64,000 nucleotides of DNA. It comes from an uncultured Chloroflexia bacterium. GTDB taxonomy: Bacteria; Chloroflexota; Anaerolineae; JAAYZQ01. This document shows positions 51,502-60,871 of the stretch, in pieces. The notes below the pieces were generated by a model that worked only from the letters and a program-made list of their open reading frames with translations, was not told where the DNA came from and ran no database searches. Location: assembly GCA_963700285.1 (NCBI GenBank), contig CAVOXA010000001.1, forward strand, positions 1,216,001 to 1,280,000, read 5' to 3'. The translations under genes and the position numbers were made by a program. Each line of letters opens with the position of its first letter. Position 1 is the first letter of the stretch.

Positions 51502-51546
51502 ATCATAGCACGAACTGATGATTTAGTCAAATTTTACTTGCTAAAT
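51502..51546 (-). promoter_or_regulatory. suf promoter with an overlapping palindromic operator
   Basis: Minus strand TTGACT-17 nt-TATGAT with extended TG; inverted repeat ATTTAGTCAA-ATTTTAC-TTGCTAAAT (51521-51546) covers the -35. Confidence 0.75.
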
Positions 51547-51850
51547 TGTTCAAAATATCCAGACTTTAGGGTTCGCTTGCCGGCCCGGTGTCCCTGAAAA
51601 CGCGCTGAATCATCTATTATTCTGTGAATTCAAGTGATCACAAGGCAGCTCCGCGGTGATCCTGGATTCAGCTTGGCCATCGATTCCGCGCCTGCGTTTC
51701 TTACAAAGTTCTAATGCCAGAAGGCCGAGTCGGGCGGAGGTCACCCGCTGCCCAGCCTTCGTAACGGCTGGCTGTACCGGCCAGAGGGCTTGCATCATGT
51801 TTCGGTTGGGACTATAATGGCCCACAATTTCCTTGCAGCAGGAGCACGGC

Positions 51851-52561
51851 TTGGAGCGACATACGGTTATAATTCCCACCTACAATGAGCGAGAGAACCT
51901 AAATGCCCTGGTGGAGGAGATCATGGGGCTTGGACTTGGCTCCCACGTCATCATCGTCGATGATAACTCCCCCGATGGCACCATGCAGGTGGCCGACTCG
52001 CTGGCAGAGAGGCACGCCTCGGTCCGGGTCATTCATCGCCCTAGAAAACTGGGGCTCGGGACGGCTCACATCGCAGGCATGAAGCTGGCCTTGGCTGAGG
52101 GCGCCGACCATATCTTGACGATGGATGCTGACTTTTCGCATCATCCTCGCTACATTCCAGATCTGTTGGCGATGCTGCCGGAATGCGACATGGTGATTGG
52201 TTCGCGCTACGTGCAAGGCGGGGGCACGCTCTACTGCACGGCATCGCGCCGGGCGCTGAGTCATGGGGCAAACTGCCTCGCTCGCAGCATGCTGAAACTG
52301 GAAGCCGGCGATGCCACGGCTGGTTTTCGTGCCTATCGCCGGTCGGTGCTGGAATCGATCGCACTGGATGAGATCGTGTCTGACGGTTACTCGTTTCTCA
52401 TCGAGATGCTCTACCGCTGCCAACAACAAGGGTGGCGGATTGGCGAGGTACCGATCATCTTTGAGAATCGGCAGCGGGGCGCATCCAAGATCTCGAAAAC
52501 AGAGATCTTTAGGGCGATGCAGACCGTGCTTCAGCTCAGCCGTGAGCGGCGCCAGAAATGA
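51851..52561 (+). CDS. polyprenol monophosphomannose synthase-like GT2 glycosyltransferase
   Basis: IIPTYNEREN, VDDNSPDGT, GLGTAH, MDADFSH, IGSRY, DATAGFR, GYSF.IE. Confidence 0.88.
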   Translation: MERHTVIIPTYNERENLNALVEEIMGLGLGSHVIIVDDNSPDGTMQVADSLAERHASVRVIHRPRKLGLGTAHIAGMKLALAEGADHILTMDADFSHHPRYIPDLLAMLPECDMVIGSRYVQGGGTLYCTASRRALSHGANCLARSMLKLEAGDATAGFRAYRRSVLESIALDEIVSDGYSFLIEMLYRCQQQGWRIGEVPIIFENRQRGASKISKTEIFRAMQTVLQLSRERRQK

Positions 52562-52703
52562 GTCGGTACTGTGACCGCTCCTGTTTTAGCTCCAGATCGA
52601 GAGCACTCTTGTAGCACATGTCCAGAAGTTGTGATCGAGCCGACTATGTGGTATACTGAACTTGATGGATACTCAAGATCGAACCTGAGAGGAGGTGAGC
52701 AAG

Positions 52704-52856
52704 TTGCCATTTCTGCCTGACGAGGAAGGGCAGGGCCTGGTTGAGTTTGCTTTGATTCTTGTTCTTATCGCAATCGTTGTGATTGCCATTTATCTATTGG
52801 TCGAGCCGGCCATCGGCGACATACTCAACGAGTTGAAGGGTTTTGTGGGCCAGTAG
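52704..52856 (+). CDS. Flp family type IVb pilin
   Basis: Below the ORF-track cutoff. GGAGGTG RBS, TTG start, MPFLPDEEG-QGLVEFALILVLIAIVVIAIYLLVEPAIGDILNELKGFVGQ* (50 aa) with the prepilin G|xxxxE site. Confidence 0.85.
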   Translation: MPFLPDEEGQGLVEFALILVLIAIVVIAIYLLVEPAIGDILNELKGFVGQ

Positions 52857-52912
52857 GAAGGCGCGAGTGGCCGGATGGGATGAGCATCTTGATCTGTCAC
52901 GTTCACGCTGCT

Positions 52913-52981
52913 TGTCATTCCCGCGGAGGCGGGAATCTGCCGGCTCTTCCAGAATGGATCCCCGCCTGCGCGGGAATGACA
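52913..52981. repeat. REP-like palindromic element (GTCATTCCCGC type)
   Basis: TGTCATTCCCGCGGAGGCGGGAATC...GATCCCCGCCTGCGCGGGAATGACA. Confidence 0.8.
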
Positions 52982-53030
52982 CGCTGACCAGGCGGATTAC
53001 TGTGCAATATCCTATGGGTGGCAAGGGGTG

Positions 53031-53897
53031 ATGGCACAGACTGAACCTGTTCGGCCTTCCCCAACGACAAGGGCATGGCTTGAGAGATTGGGGACTGCGG
53101 TTGCAGATCTACTCTTCCCACCGCACTGTGTTGCATGCAATCGTTATGGTGCCTGGCTCTGTCCCAGTTGCCTGGCAGAGATCGACGTGATCCATCCTCC
53201 TCTCTGCCTTCGCTGCGGTTTGCCGATAGAGGGTAGAATGCCCTCTCAAGGAACAGAGGTGCCAGCACTGGCGCCATCTCATTCGGTGTACGCGGCCGGC
53301 GAGCGGTGGATCTGCCAACGGTGCCGGAACGCTCCCTCACAATTGGATGGTGTGCGGGCCTACGCTTTTCATGACGGGCCGTTGCGAAAAGCCATTCACG
53401 AATTCAAGTATAGTGGGTTGCGTAGCCTGGCGACCATCCTGGGGGATCTGATGGGTCAGGGTTGGGACGCTCTGGCCCCCGATGGTAAAGGTGTCGATGT
53501 CATTGTTCCGGTGCCCTTGCATTCGACTCGCCAGCGGGAGCGGGGCTTTAACCAAGCAGCGCTTCTGGCCAGAGAATTGGGTGCCGTTCTGCGGCATCCG
53601 GTCGCAGAGGATGTGCTGGTGAGGAGCAAGCCTACAACGCCCCAGGTGGGATTGGGTGCGGAAGCGAGGCGGGCCAACGTAGACGGAGCCTTTCAATGTA
53701 ACTCTAACAGGCTGAGTGGCATGTGCTTGTTGCTCGTTGACGATGTTTATACAACTGGATCCACGCTAGAGGCGGCCTGCAGTGCTTTGCTCAGGACAGG
53801 TGTGCAGTCGGTTTGGGCCTATACTCTGGCCCGTGCAGGCGGTCGTCTTGGCGACAGCTCGCATATCATTGACAGGGAGGCTGGACAATGGAACTGA
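53031..53897 (+). CDS. comF: ComF family protein (double zinc ribbon + phosphoribosyltransferase)
   Basis: LFPPHCVAC..LCPSC..CLRCG..CQRC, VPVPLH..R..ERGFNQA, LVDDVYTTGST. Confidence 0.9.
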   Translation: MAQTEPVRPSPTTRAWLERLGTAVADLLFPPHCVACNRYGAWLCPSCLAEIDVIHPPLCLRCGLPIEGRMPSQGTEVPALAPSHSVYAAGERWICQRCRNAPSQLDGVRAYAFHDGPLRKAIHEFKYSGLRSLATILGDLMGQGWDALAPDGKGVDVIVPVPLHSTRQRERGFNQAALLARELGAVLRHPVAEDVLVRSKPTTPQVGLGAEARRANVDGAFQCNSNRLSGMCLLLVDDVYTTGSTLEAACSALLRTGVQSVWAYTLARAGGRLGDSSHIIDREAGQWN

Positions 53898-54439
53898 CCA
53901 TCAAGGGAAAGAATGTAGAGATCACAGAGCGATTGGTAGACTATGTGGAGAAAAAGATCGGGAAGCTCGATCGTTACCTGCCCTCCATAAGCGATGCATG
54001 GGTAGAGTTGTCTGTAGAGGGCGCCAGGGCAGCAGCGCATCGACAAGTCTGTCAAGTCACCGTTCGCTCCAATGGCACGATCTTGCGGGCCGAAGAAAGG
54101 TCCGACGACATGTTCAACTCGATTGATACGGTCTTGAACAAGATGTATCGCCAGATTGCCCGCTACAAGGGCAAACGCCAGAACCGCTGGCGAGGAGCGG
54201 GTATGAGCGTTGAGCCGCTCCCCCCTCAGTTTGAGGAAGAGGAATTTGACGAGGAGCCCAGCATCGTACGCATCAAGCGTTTCTCCATGATACCTATGAA
54301 TCCCCAAGAGGCAGTCGAGCAGATGGAGCTGCTCGACCACGACTTTTTTGTTTTCTACAATGCCGATGCTGGCCAGATCAACGTTCTTTATCGTCGTGAG
54401 GGAGCCAGCTATGGTTTGCTTCAACCCGACTTGATGTGA
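53888..54439 (+). CDS. hpf: ribosome hibernation promoting factor, long form
   Basis: IKGKNVEITE..YVEKKIGKL, D.F.SID, C-terminal EAVEQMELLDHDFFVF..NVLYRR..YGL; follows comF. Confidence 0.92.
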   Translation: MELTIKGKNVEITERLVDYVEKKIGKLDRYLPSISDAWVELSVEGARAAAHRQVCQVTVRSNGTILRAEERSDDMFNSIDTVLNKMYRQIARYKGKRQNRWRGAGMSVEPLPPQFEEEEFDEEPSIVRIKRFSMIPMNPQEAVEQMELLDHDFFVFYNADAGQINVLYRREGASYGLLQPDLM

Positions 54440-54553
54440 TCTTGCACGTTGTTGGGGCCGGGCCTCCAGAGGCTCGGCCCCCGTTGCGTTTGAATGGCTG
54501 GCGTGGCTTCAGCCCTGCGCCTCAGCGACGGGCAGGTATCCAGGACGACCATC

Positions 54554-55012
54554 ATGAAAGTGATCTTGTTTGTCTGTACCGGCAACATATGCCGCTCACC
54601 CATGGCAGTCGGCCTATTGCGCCAACGGCTGGCAGAGAAAGGGCTAGAAGGACAGTACCAGGTAATCTCTGCTGGCGTGAGTGCCGTTGACGGATACCGG
54701 GCCAGCAGGAATGGCGTATTTGTGATGGCCGAACGGGGGATAGACACCACCTGTCACATTGCTCACACCGTCACTGGCAATGATATGATCATGGCCAATT
54801 TAGTCCTGTCCATGAGCCGGCGGCAGGCGCAGAGCCTTCGCCAGTCCTGGCCGCAGTATGCCTGGAAAGTCTATCTCTTGAGTGAGATGGCTGGCAGGCG
54901 CCAGGACATCAAAGATCCCTTTGGAGGCACTGTGGATCAGTATAGAGCCGCGGCCGATGTCATCTCACGCTACATCGACGAGGGTCTTGAGCGTATTCTT
55001 GAGTTGGCTTGA
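54554..55012 (+). CDS. low molecular weight protein tyrosine/arginine phosphatase
   Basis: ILFVCTGNICRSPMA P-loop and DIKDPFGG. Confidence 0.9.
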   Translation: MKVILFVCTGNICRSPMAVGLLRQRLAEKGLEGQYQVISAGVSAVDGYRASRNGVFVMAERGIDTTCHIAHTVTGNDMIMANLVLSMSRRQAQSLRQSWPQYAWKVYLLSEMAGRRQDIKDPFGGTVDQYRAAADVISRYIDEGLERILELA

Positions 55013-55052
55013 ACCGGAACCCCCGGACGACAACCCCCAGCCCAGGCGCCAG

Positions 55053-55814
55053 TCATTCACTTGTGCGCAGCAACCGCAGGCGCTGGTAAGTGACAAAGGT
55101 ATACCAACCCATAAGGCCGCAGAACAAGAGGCCGTACACGTGGTCGCGATAGCCCCCGAGGGTCACAAAACGCCGCCAGAACTCGCGTAGGGGCATGCTC
55201 GCGTAGCTCCAGGGGCGGACGCGGACCTTCTTCTCGGCCAATATGCGGGCTTCGAAACTGGCATACTGGTTCATCTTGCGCTGAAAGTCGCGGACGGTAT
55301 CATAGTTGTAGTGAATGAGCACGTTCTCCAGGTAGCCTGCTTCGCCATCGAGCATGACGATCTCGTGGACAGGATGGGACGGATCGTAACTGGCCCGGTC
55401 CCTGGCCAGCAACCGCAGTTGGTAGTCCGGATACCACCCGCCGCCCCGCATGCGGTGGCCGATCATATAGTTGTGCCGGGGGACCCACCACCCTGCCCGC
55501 GCTTCTTTGCCATCGTAGCGGATGACGCGCAGCACTTCCTCCGCAAGGGCAGGTGTCGCCCGCTCATCAGAATCCACGAAAAAGACCCAGCGCGCCTCCA
55601 CGGCTTCCAGAGCTGCGTTCCTCTGAGCCGCAAAGTCCTCAAAGGCATGTTGGATCACCCACGCGCCCTGCGCGCACGCAATACTGGCCGTGCCATCGGT
55701 GCTGAAATCATCAAAAACCACTCGCTTCTCAACCCAGGCCAGGCTATCCAGGCAGTCGCCAATGAGGTACTCGTTATTGTGAGCCAGAACTATGGCTGCA
55801 ACCTCAACCGTCAC
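55053..55814 (-). CDS. GT2 family glycosyltransferase
   Basis: DDFSTDGT, FAAQRN, FVDSDER, WYPDYQLRL, VHE. Confidence 0.88.
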   Translation of the reverse strand: MTVEVAAIVLAHNNEYLIGDCLDSLAWVEKRVVFDDFSTDGTASIACAQGAWVIQHAFEDFAAQRNAALEAVEARWVFFVDSDERATPALAEEVLRVIRYDGKEARAGWWVPRHNYMIGHRMRGGGWYPDYQLRLLARDRASYDPSHPVHEIVMLDGEAGYLENVLIHYNYDTVRDFQRKMNQYASFEARILAEKKVRVRPWSYASMPLREFWRRFVTLGGYRDHVYGLLFCGLMGWYTFVTYQRLRLLRTSE

Positions 55815-56746
55815 AGTGCTGCTACCTCCCCATAGGCGGCCAGGCGGCCCTCCAGCTCACTGGCCGTGATCTCCCCACGATGATGTGCTGCCATGGCGCG
55901 GCGGGATTCGGACCACAACCCCAACTTTACCAGACGCCGGAATGCCCAGCCAAAAGCACGGCTGCCGTTCTTTTCAGCCAGCAGGAACCGACTCCGCCAC
56001 AGCGCCACGTACATCCGGTCGCGGAACTGCCTGGTGCTCTGGGCTACGAGGTGGACGATCTCGGCTCTGGGCACGCAATAGATCTCCCAACCTGCCTTCT
56101 TGATGCGCTGGCACAAATCGATTTCCTCACAGTACATAAAGAAACGCTCGTCAAAGCCACCGACCTGGGCCAGCGTCTCGCCGCGCACCATTAGCGCCGC
56201 GCCCAGGGGATGATCTACGGAGAAAGGTTTGCCTTTGTACAGCTGGCGAGAATACCGGCCATTAAGACGGGAGTCTAGCAGCCGGTGGTGGATGGGGTAA
56301 AAGTCGAGAAAAACCTGGGCCATGCCTGGAAAGGCAAATGCCGAGTGCTGGAAGCTGCCGTCGCCGTGCTGAAGGCGCGCCCCAGCGGCGCCGGCGCTGG
56401 GTGTCGAGTCCATAAAGTCGACCAGGACGCGCAGGGCATCATCCAACACGCGTGTGTCGGGATTTAGGAAAAGTATGTGCCTCGGCGAGCTGTGTGCACG
56501 AAATCCCATTGTTGCCAGGGCCAGGTTGTTTCCTGCGGCGAAGCCCAGGTTGTCATCGTGGGCAATCAGCCTGACCTGGGGGAATCGCTGTTGTACCATG
56601 TCAGCGCTGCCGTCGGCCGACGCATTGTCCACCACCCATAACTCGCCCACCAGTCCTGACCGCTCCAGGTCGTCCAGGACCGATTCCAGGCAGTCGGCAA
56701 GCAACTCTCGTGTATTATAGCTGACCGTGATGACGGCTAGATCCAT
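55811..56746 (-). CDS. GT2 family glycosyltransferase (WbbL-like)
   Basis: VSYNT, VVDNASADGS, NLGFAAGNN, LNPDT, GGFDERFFMYCEEIDLC. Confidence 0.88.
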   Translation of the reverse strand: MDLAVITVSYNTRELLADCLESVLDDLERSGLVGELWVVDNASADGSADMVQQRFPQVRLIAHDDNLGFAAGNNLALATMGFRAHSSPRHILFLNPDTRVLDDALRVLVDFMDSTPSAGAAGARLQHGDGSFQHSAFAFPGMAQVFLDFYPIHHRLLDSRLNGRYSRQLYKGKPFSVDHPLGAALMVRGETLAQVGGFDERFFMYCEEIDLCQRIKKAGWEIYCVPRAEIVHLVAQSTRQFRDRMYVALWRSRFLLAEKNGSRAFGWAFRRLVKLGLWSESRRAMAAHHRGEITASELEGRLAAYGEVAAL

Positions 56747-56815
56747 GGGCGACCAAAAAGAAACGAGGAACGCAGCCAAACACTCCGTCCCTCGTCCTGT
56801 GTCCTCCGTCCTGTC

Positions 56816-58150
56816 CTATGGCTCGTCGATGTGGATGAGCAGCCGGTCGACATAGTTGTTCTCAGCATTGATCCCCACGTATTCGTGGATCAGACCGCCC
56901 CAGGCAAAGATCGCATCGCGGGGAAAAGGACCTACCATTTCGATGCTCCCCGTGACGGTACCTCGCTTGCCTGGATCCAGGAACCACTGTTCGTGACCAT
57001 CAATGATCTCCTTGCGCAGTTCACCAGGTTGGCCTACCGCCCACCGATAGGGAAAATCGGTACTGGACGTGTCGAAATTGATGCCAAAGCGCCAGACACC
57101 AGCCTGCTGGTGATAGCTCTCTTCACCCAAGTCCAAAGCCAGTGTATTGTAATTCTGGTCGCTGCGATAGGTTGTACCCGGGAACGGTCCGGAGGTGCGC
57201 AGTGGCACCAGGCCATAGTTCTCGATATAGGTCGTGAATACCAGCGTTGAGCCCAGAGGCAGATACATTTCGGTACCTTCCAGGCTGCGCAGGGCGTTCC
57301 CCCATTGGATCTCCCCGTTGACGACCTCAGCCCGGGGCTTCCCGCCCAGTTCGATGGTCAGGGTATTGCTGACTACCACGTGATGACCGGCGAGATCGCG
57401 CGCCTCGGCCGTTACGACATAGGTGCCGTCGGCAGGTGGATCGGCGCCGCGATCTACGCCGCCGTCATAGTCATAGTAGTGGTAGCCCGCTTCACCTGGC
57501 TTGGCCGCGCGCTCTTGTTCCTCCATCGGGTACTGCACATCGGGTTGGTCAGGATGGTAGAGGTATACCTGGACGCTCTCCACATCCTTGCTTAGGAAGT
57601 AGGCGACACCGGTACGGTCGTCCAACCCATCCTGATTGGGCGTAAAGATGGGAAGGGCCACTGTGAACTTGCGCAGCTCGGGTACTACCGTATCCCCCCC
57701 GTTTAGTGTAATCTGCCCCTCGCTGCGTTCCATCTGACCTTCGTCGTCCGTGGCTTCCACCACCCAGGTATAGGTCCCATCAGGCAGCACCCAGCTCTCC
57801 ACTGCTTGCCGGCCAAATTCGTTCTCCAGCCACTTGAGCTGGTTGACAGTGCCGCCCCACTGTACGCGATAGTCGCCGGCTGATCGGGGCCGATCCTGCC
57901 GGAAATAGAAGCGCTCGCCACTGTCATTCTCAAAATAGATAGAGACGTGGGCGTTCCGTGCCAGCTTGTATTCAATATTGGTGACGTCCTCTGTACCGTC
58001 TGCGTTCGGCGAAATAACGTCAGGGGTCAGGGCTACATCGTTGAGGAGAGGGCGGAGCTGGCAACCGCTCAGCAAGAGGCCGAGCAGAAGCAACGCGCCG
58101 AAAACCGAGCCTGCGTAAATGCTTCTGAAGGTATCCTTCGCTGTACTCAC
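56816..58150 (-). CDS. putative lipoprotein with FlgD-like Ig domains
   Basis: Lipobox LSG-C; two ISPNADG/FTPNQDG...DGTY modules; promoter TTGACG-17 nt-TACACT at 58160-58188 supports the GTG start at 58150. Confidence 0.7.
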   Translation of the reverse strand: MSTAKDTFRSIYAGSVFGALLLLGLLLSGCQLRPLLNDVALTPDVISPNADGTEDVTNIEYKLARNAHVSIYFENDSGERFYFRQDRPRSAGDYRVQWGGTVNQLKWLENEFGRQAVESWVLPDGTYTWVVEATDDEGQMERSEGQITLNGGDTVVPELRKFTVALPIFTPNQDGLDDRTGVAYFLSKDVESVQVYLYHPDQPDVQYPMEEQERAAKPGEAGYHYYDYDGGVDRGADPPADGTYVVTAEARDLAGHHVVVSNTLTIELGGKPRAEVVNGEIQWGNALRSLEGTEMYLPLGSTLVFTTYIENYGLVPLRTSGPFPGTTYRSDQNYNTLALDLGEESYHQQAGVWRFGINFDTSSTDFPYRWAVGQPGELRKEIIDGHEQWFLDPGKRGTVTGSIEMVGPFPRDAIFAWGGLIHEYVGINAENNYVDRLLIHIDEP

Positions 58151-58292
58151 GATGGCGCCAGTGTACCAAAAGGGGATATGTTCGTCAAATCGCCAATTTC
58201 CCAATGCCGGGTTCACTTCTGAAGGTAGAGAGGGCAGCCAGAGACCTCTTCTAGACTGCCCTCCATGTCTGTCTTGCCATGCCAGGTGCTGC

Positions 58293-58493
58293 CTACCCAC
58301 CGGCCGTCATGTGCAGCACCTTGACCTCGGCATTGTCAGGGATCTGCTGCCTGGCATACTCTTCCTTCGGAATCAACACGCCGTCCACGGACACAATGAG
58401 GAGTGGAAAGCTGAATTTGAGCTGCGCCAGCAACTGCGTTACAGTTATCTCTGGCTCCCACTCAACCTCAAACTTGCCATTCACGCGGATCAT
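58293..58493 (-). CDS. ThiS/MoaD family sulfur carrier protein
   Basis: 66 aa, MIRVNG start, C-terminal AGG. Confidence 0.85.
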   Translation of the reverse strand: MIRVNGKFEVEWEPEITVTQLLAQLKFSFPLLIVSVDGVLIPKEEYARQQIPDNAEVKVLHMTAGG

Positions 58494-58511
58494 GGAATCC
58501 CCACCACGGCC

Positions 58512-60680
58512 TCAAGACAGATGGCGCGTGACGACTGCCACGACCTCAGGGAAGGCGATGCCCAGTTCCTGCAACTTTTCAAGCGTCGGCACGCCATCAG
58601 AGGTCCAGCCTCTCCGTTTGTATACGGCGTCGGAAAGCTTTTCATACTGGTCCTCGCGATAGGCCCGGATGGCTGCCACCTTTTCTTCCGTGCTCTTGCC
58701 TTCAGGATCGAGGCCGAGAATCTCGCACATTTGCTTGTCATACCGGTCGGCGCGGGACTCGTACTCTTCGACGGTCACTGGCCCGGCGCTGCGGTAGGGG
58801 ATCGCGTCATGGGCCCGGCGGCCAAAGCCCATGCGGAGGTTAAAGACTCTCTGATAGTTGTATACACGTTCGGAGTGCAGGATCAGATCGTCCTTCGTCG
58901 TCTCCCTGCCCGTAACTGACTGAAAGAACTTGACATAGTTGTCCACGTGCTCTGGGATTTTGGCCGGGTCGTCGGTCTGGAAGTTATCTTCGGGGACCAC
59001 GTCGTTCCAGATGATCTTGCACAGACCGTTCAGTCCAAACCAGGTCCTCCACATCGGATAGTAGTGCAGTGCTTCCGCCTTGTCCTCAAACGTTGGGATC
59101 TGGTTGTTCACCTGGTCCATAAAGATGAGCCAGGCTTCATCGTGCTGCGGACCCTTGAGGGTCAAGCCGTAGCCGCCCTGCATTGCCAGTGACTCTTTTG
59201 TCACATACTCCGAGTACTCGAGGCCCTTGGACTCCATGCCGATATCCTGCATGAACTGTGGATCGCCACCATATTCCTCGGCAAAGATCTTTTTCATGCG
59301 GCGGATACCCTGGCCAACGATCTGCCCAAAGCCTTCTCCCCGGGCTATCTGGTGGAGGACCGCCATGGTCTCCTCAGCGTTGCCAAAGCTCAGGTCCAGG
59401 CCGCTGGTAATCTCTTTGTTGAGAATACCCACCTCGTAGCACTCCATCACAAAGCCCATCGAGGTACCAAAAGAGATGGTGTCCAATCCGTAGGTGTCGC
59501 AGTAAAAGTTCATTTCTGCAACCCAGTGCGCATCAAAGATGCCCAGGTTTGAGCCACAGCCGGCGATGGTCTCGTACTCGGGTCCATCCACACCGACGAC
59601 CTCGCCCTGGTAGGGCCCTGTACGTATCGTCACACCGTCAATGCCCTTGGAGCAGGCCATGGTACAGCCGTACCAGCAGCCATCGCGGACGCCATAGGGC
59701 GCGAACAGTTTTCGGTATACATCGGACGTGATTTTGTGCGTCTCAGGATGCGAGCCGAACTTAAAGTTGTGGGTAGGCAACAGGTCATAGTCGTCCATGA
59801 TCGATGCCAGGTGCGCAGTGCCCACGCCGGCCATGTCGTTCTGGATTGGATCCAGGCGACGCATCTCGTCGTTGACCCTGCGGCCTGTCTCCTGCAGGAG
59901 CTTGGGATCGGCGGGGTGATTCATATCGCCCTTCATCTCACTGAACTTGACCACGAGGGCCTTGATCTTTTTGTCGCGAAAGACGGTGCCGATACCGCCC
60001 CGGCCTGCCTGCTTGTAGCGCATCCGGCCACGTCTTGGATCCCACCAGCTAAAGTTTAGGCAGCCAAAGTAAGCGTGATCCGCCCCGGAGCCGGCCGAAA
60101 CGCTCGAGATCGCGCGCTTTCCCTTCTCATCGTCCGCATACATCTCGGCCATCTGTTCGCCGATCAAATAGGTGTCTACCGCCTCTTCCGGCGCTTCTTC
60201 GATGGTCACCTTGCCGTTGTCGCCATCCACATAGACAATGACGTCACGGTCTGCTTTTCCCTGGACCTCGATGGCATCCCAACCAGAGTACTTGAGCAGG
60301 GGGCCATAGTAACCGCCCACATTGCTGTCAATGATGCAGTTGGTTAGGGGAGAGAGGCTGACCACCAACGATTTTCCGGCGCCTGGATAGCCAGTGGTGC
60401 CGCCCAAAGGTCCGGAGGAGATGATGATCTCGTTTTCCGGATCATCCCACTGGGTCTCAGGGGTGACGCCATCCCATAGGAGTTTGAGACCGAACCCACG
60501 CCCGCCGACAAAGATCTCCTTCATCTGCTCGGTCACCGGCTTGCTGCTGATGCTGTTGTCCGAGAGGTTGATATACAGGGTCTTGCCGGTGTAACCTCTA
60601 TCGATCGATACCGGTTCGTAGGTGAACTCGGCCAGTGTCTTGTGTGCCTGCTTCATAGTCTGAACATCTGTCGTGCTCAT
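58512..60680 (-). CDS. aor: aldehyde:ferredoxin oxidoreductase family (tungstopterin) enzyme
   Basis: FVGGRG, SLSPLT, DSNVGG, AGRGGIG, CWYGCTMAC, GPEYET, DTYGLDTIS, RRGWTSDGVPT; upstream promoter TTGCAT-17 nt-TATAAT (60731-60759). Confidence 0.9.
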   Translation of the reverse strand: MSTTDVQTMKQAHKTLAEFTYEPVSIDRGYTGKTLYINLSDNSISSKPVTEQMKEIFVGGRGFGLKLLWDGVTPETQWDDPENEIIISSGPLGGTTGYPGAGKSLVVSLSPLTNCIIDSNVGGYYGPLLKYSGWDAIEVQGKADRDVIVYVDGDNGKVTIEEAPEEAVDTYLIGEQMAEMYADDEKGKRAISSVSAGSGADHAYFGCLNFSWWDPRRGRMRYKQAGRGGIGTVFRDKKIKALVVKFSEMKGDMNHPADPKLLQETGRRVNDEMRRLDPIQNDMAGVGTAHLASIMDDYDLLPTHNFKFGSHPETHKITSDVYRKLFAPYGVRDGCWYGCTMACSKGIDGVTIRTGPYQGEVVGVDGPEYETIAGCGSNLGIFDAHWVAEMNFYCDTYGLDTISFGTSMGFVMECYEVGILNKEITSGLDLSFGNAEETMAVLHQIARGEGFGQIVGQGIRRMKKIFAEEYGGDPQFMQDIGMESKGLEYSEYVTKESLAMQGGYGLTLKGPQHDEAWLIFMDQVNNQIPTFEDKAEALHYYPMWRTWFGLNGLCKIIWNDVVPEDNFQTDDPAKIPEHVDNYVKFFQSVTGRETTKDDLILHSERVYNYQRVFNLRMGFGRRAHDAIPYRSAGPVTVEEYESRADRYDKQMCEILGLDPEGKSTEEKVAAIRAYREDQYEKLSDAVYKRRGWTSDGVPTLEKLQELGIAFPEVVAVVTRHLS

Positions 60681-60871
60681 GGTGCAACCTCCATTGGTCC
60701 GAATGTTCTTGTGCCTTGATTCGCCAGGCGATTATACGAGATCTGGGCCAAAGATGCAATTTGACAGTCGCGGCGAACCCTGCGCGTTATCGCCAGTCTG
60801 CCCGGCTGGTCCAAGCGAATCTGCCAGGCAGCATCCAGGCAGCATCCGGGGGCGAGCCAACTGGCCGCGAA

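Noticed and set aside
58151-58300. 50-aa N-terminal extension of the lipoprotein in the ORF track
   Set aside because: A good promoter lies inside it and the signal peptide/lipobox fits a start at 58150.
58293-60680. AOR plus sulfur carrier as a novel pairing
   Set aside because: MoaD/ThiS-like genes commonly follow AOR genes for pterin cofactor synthesis.
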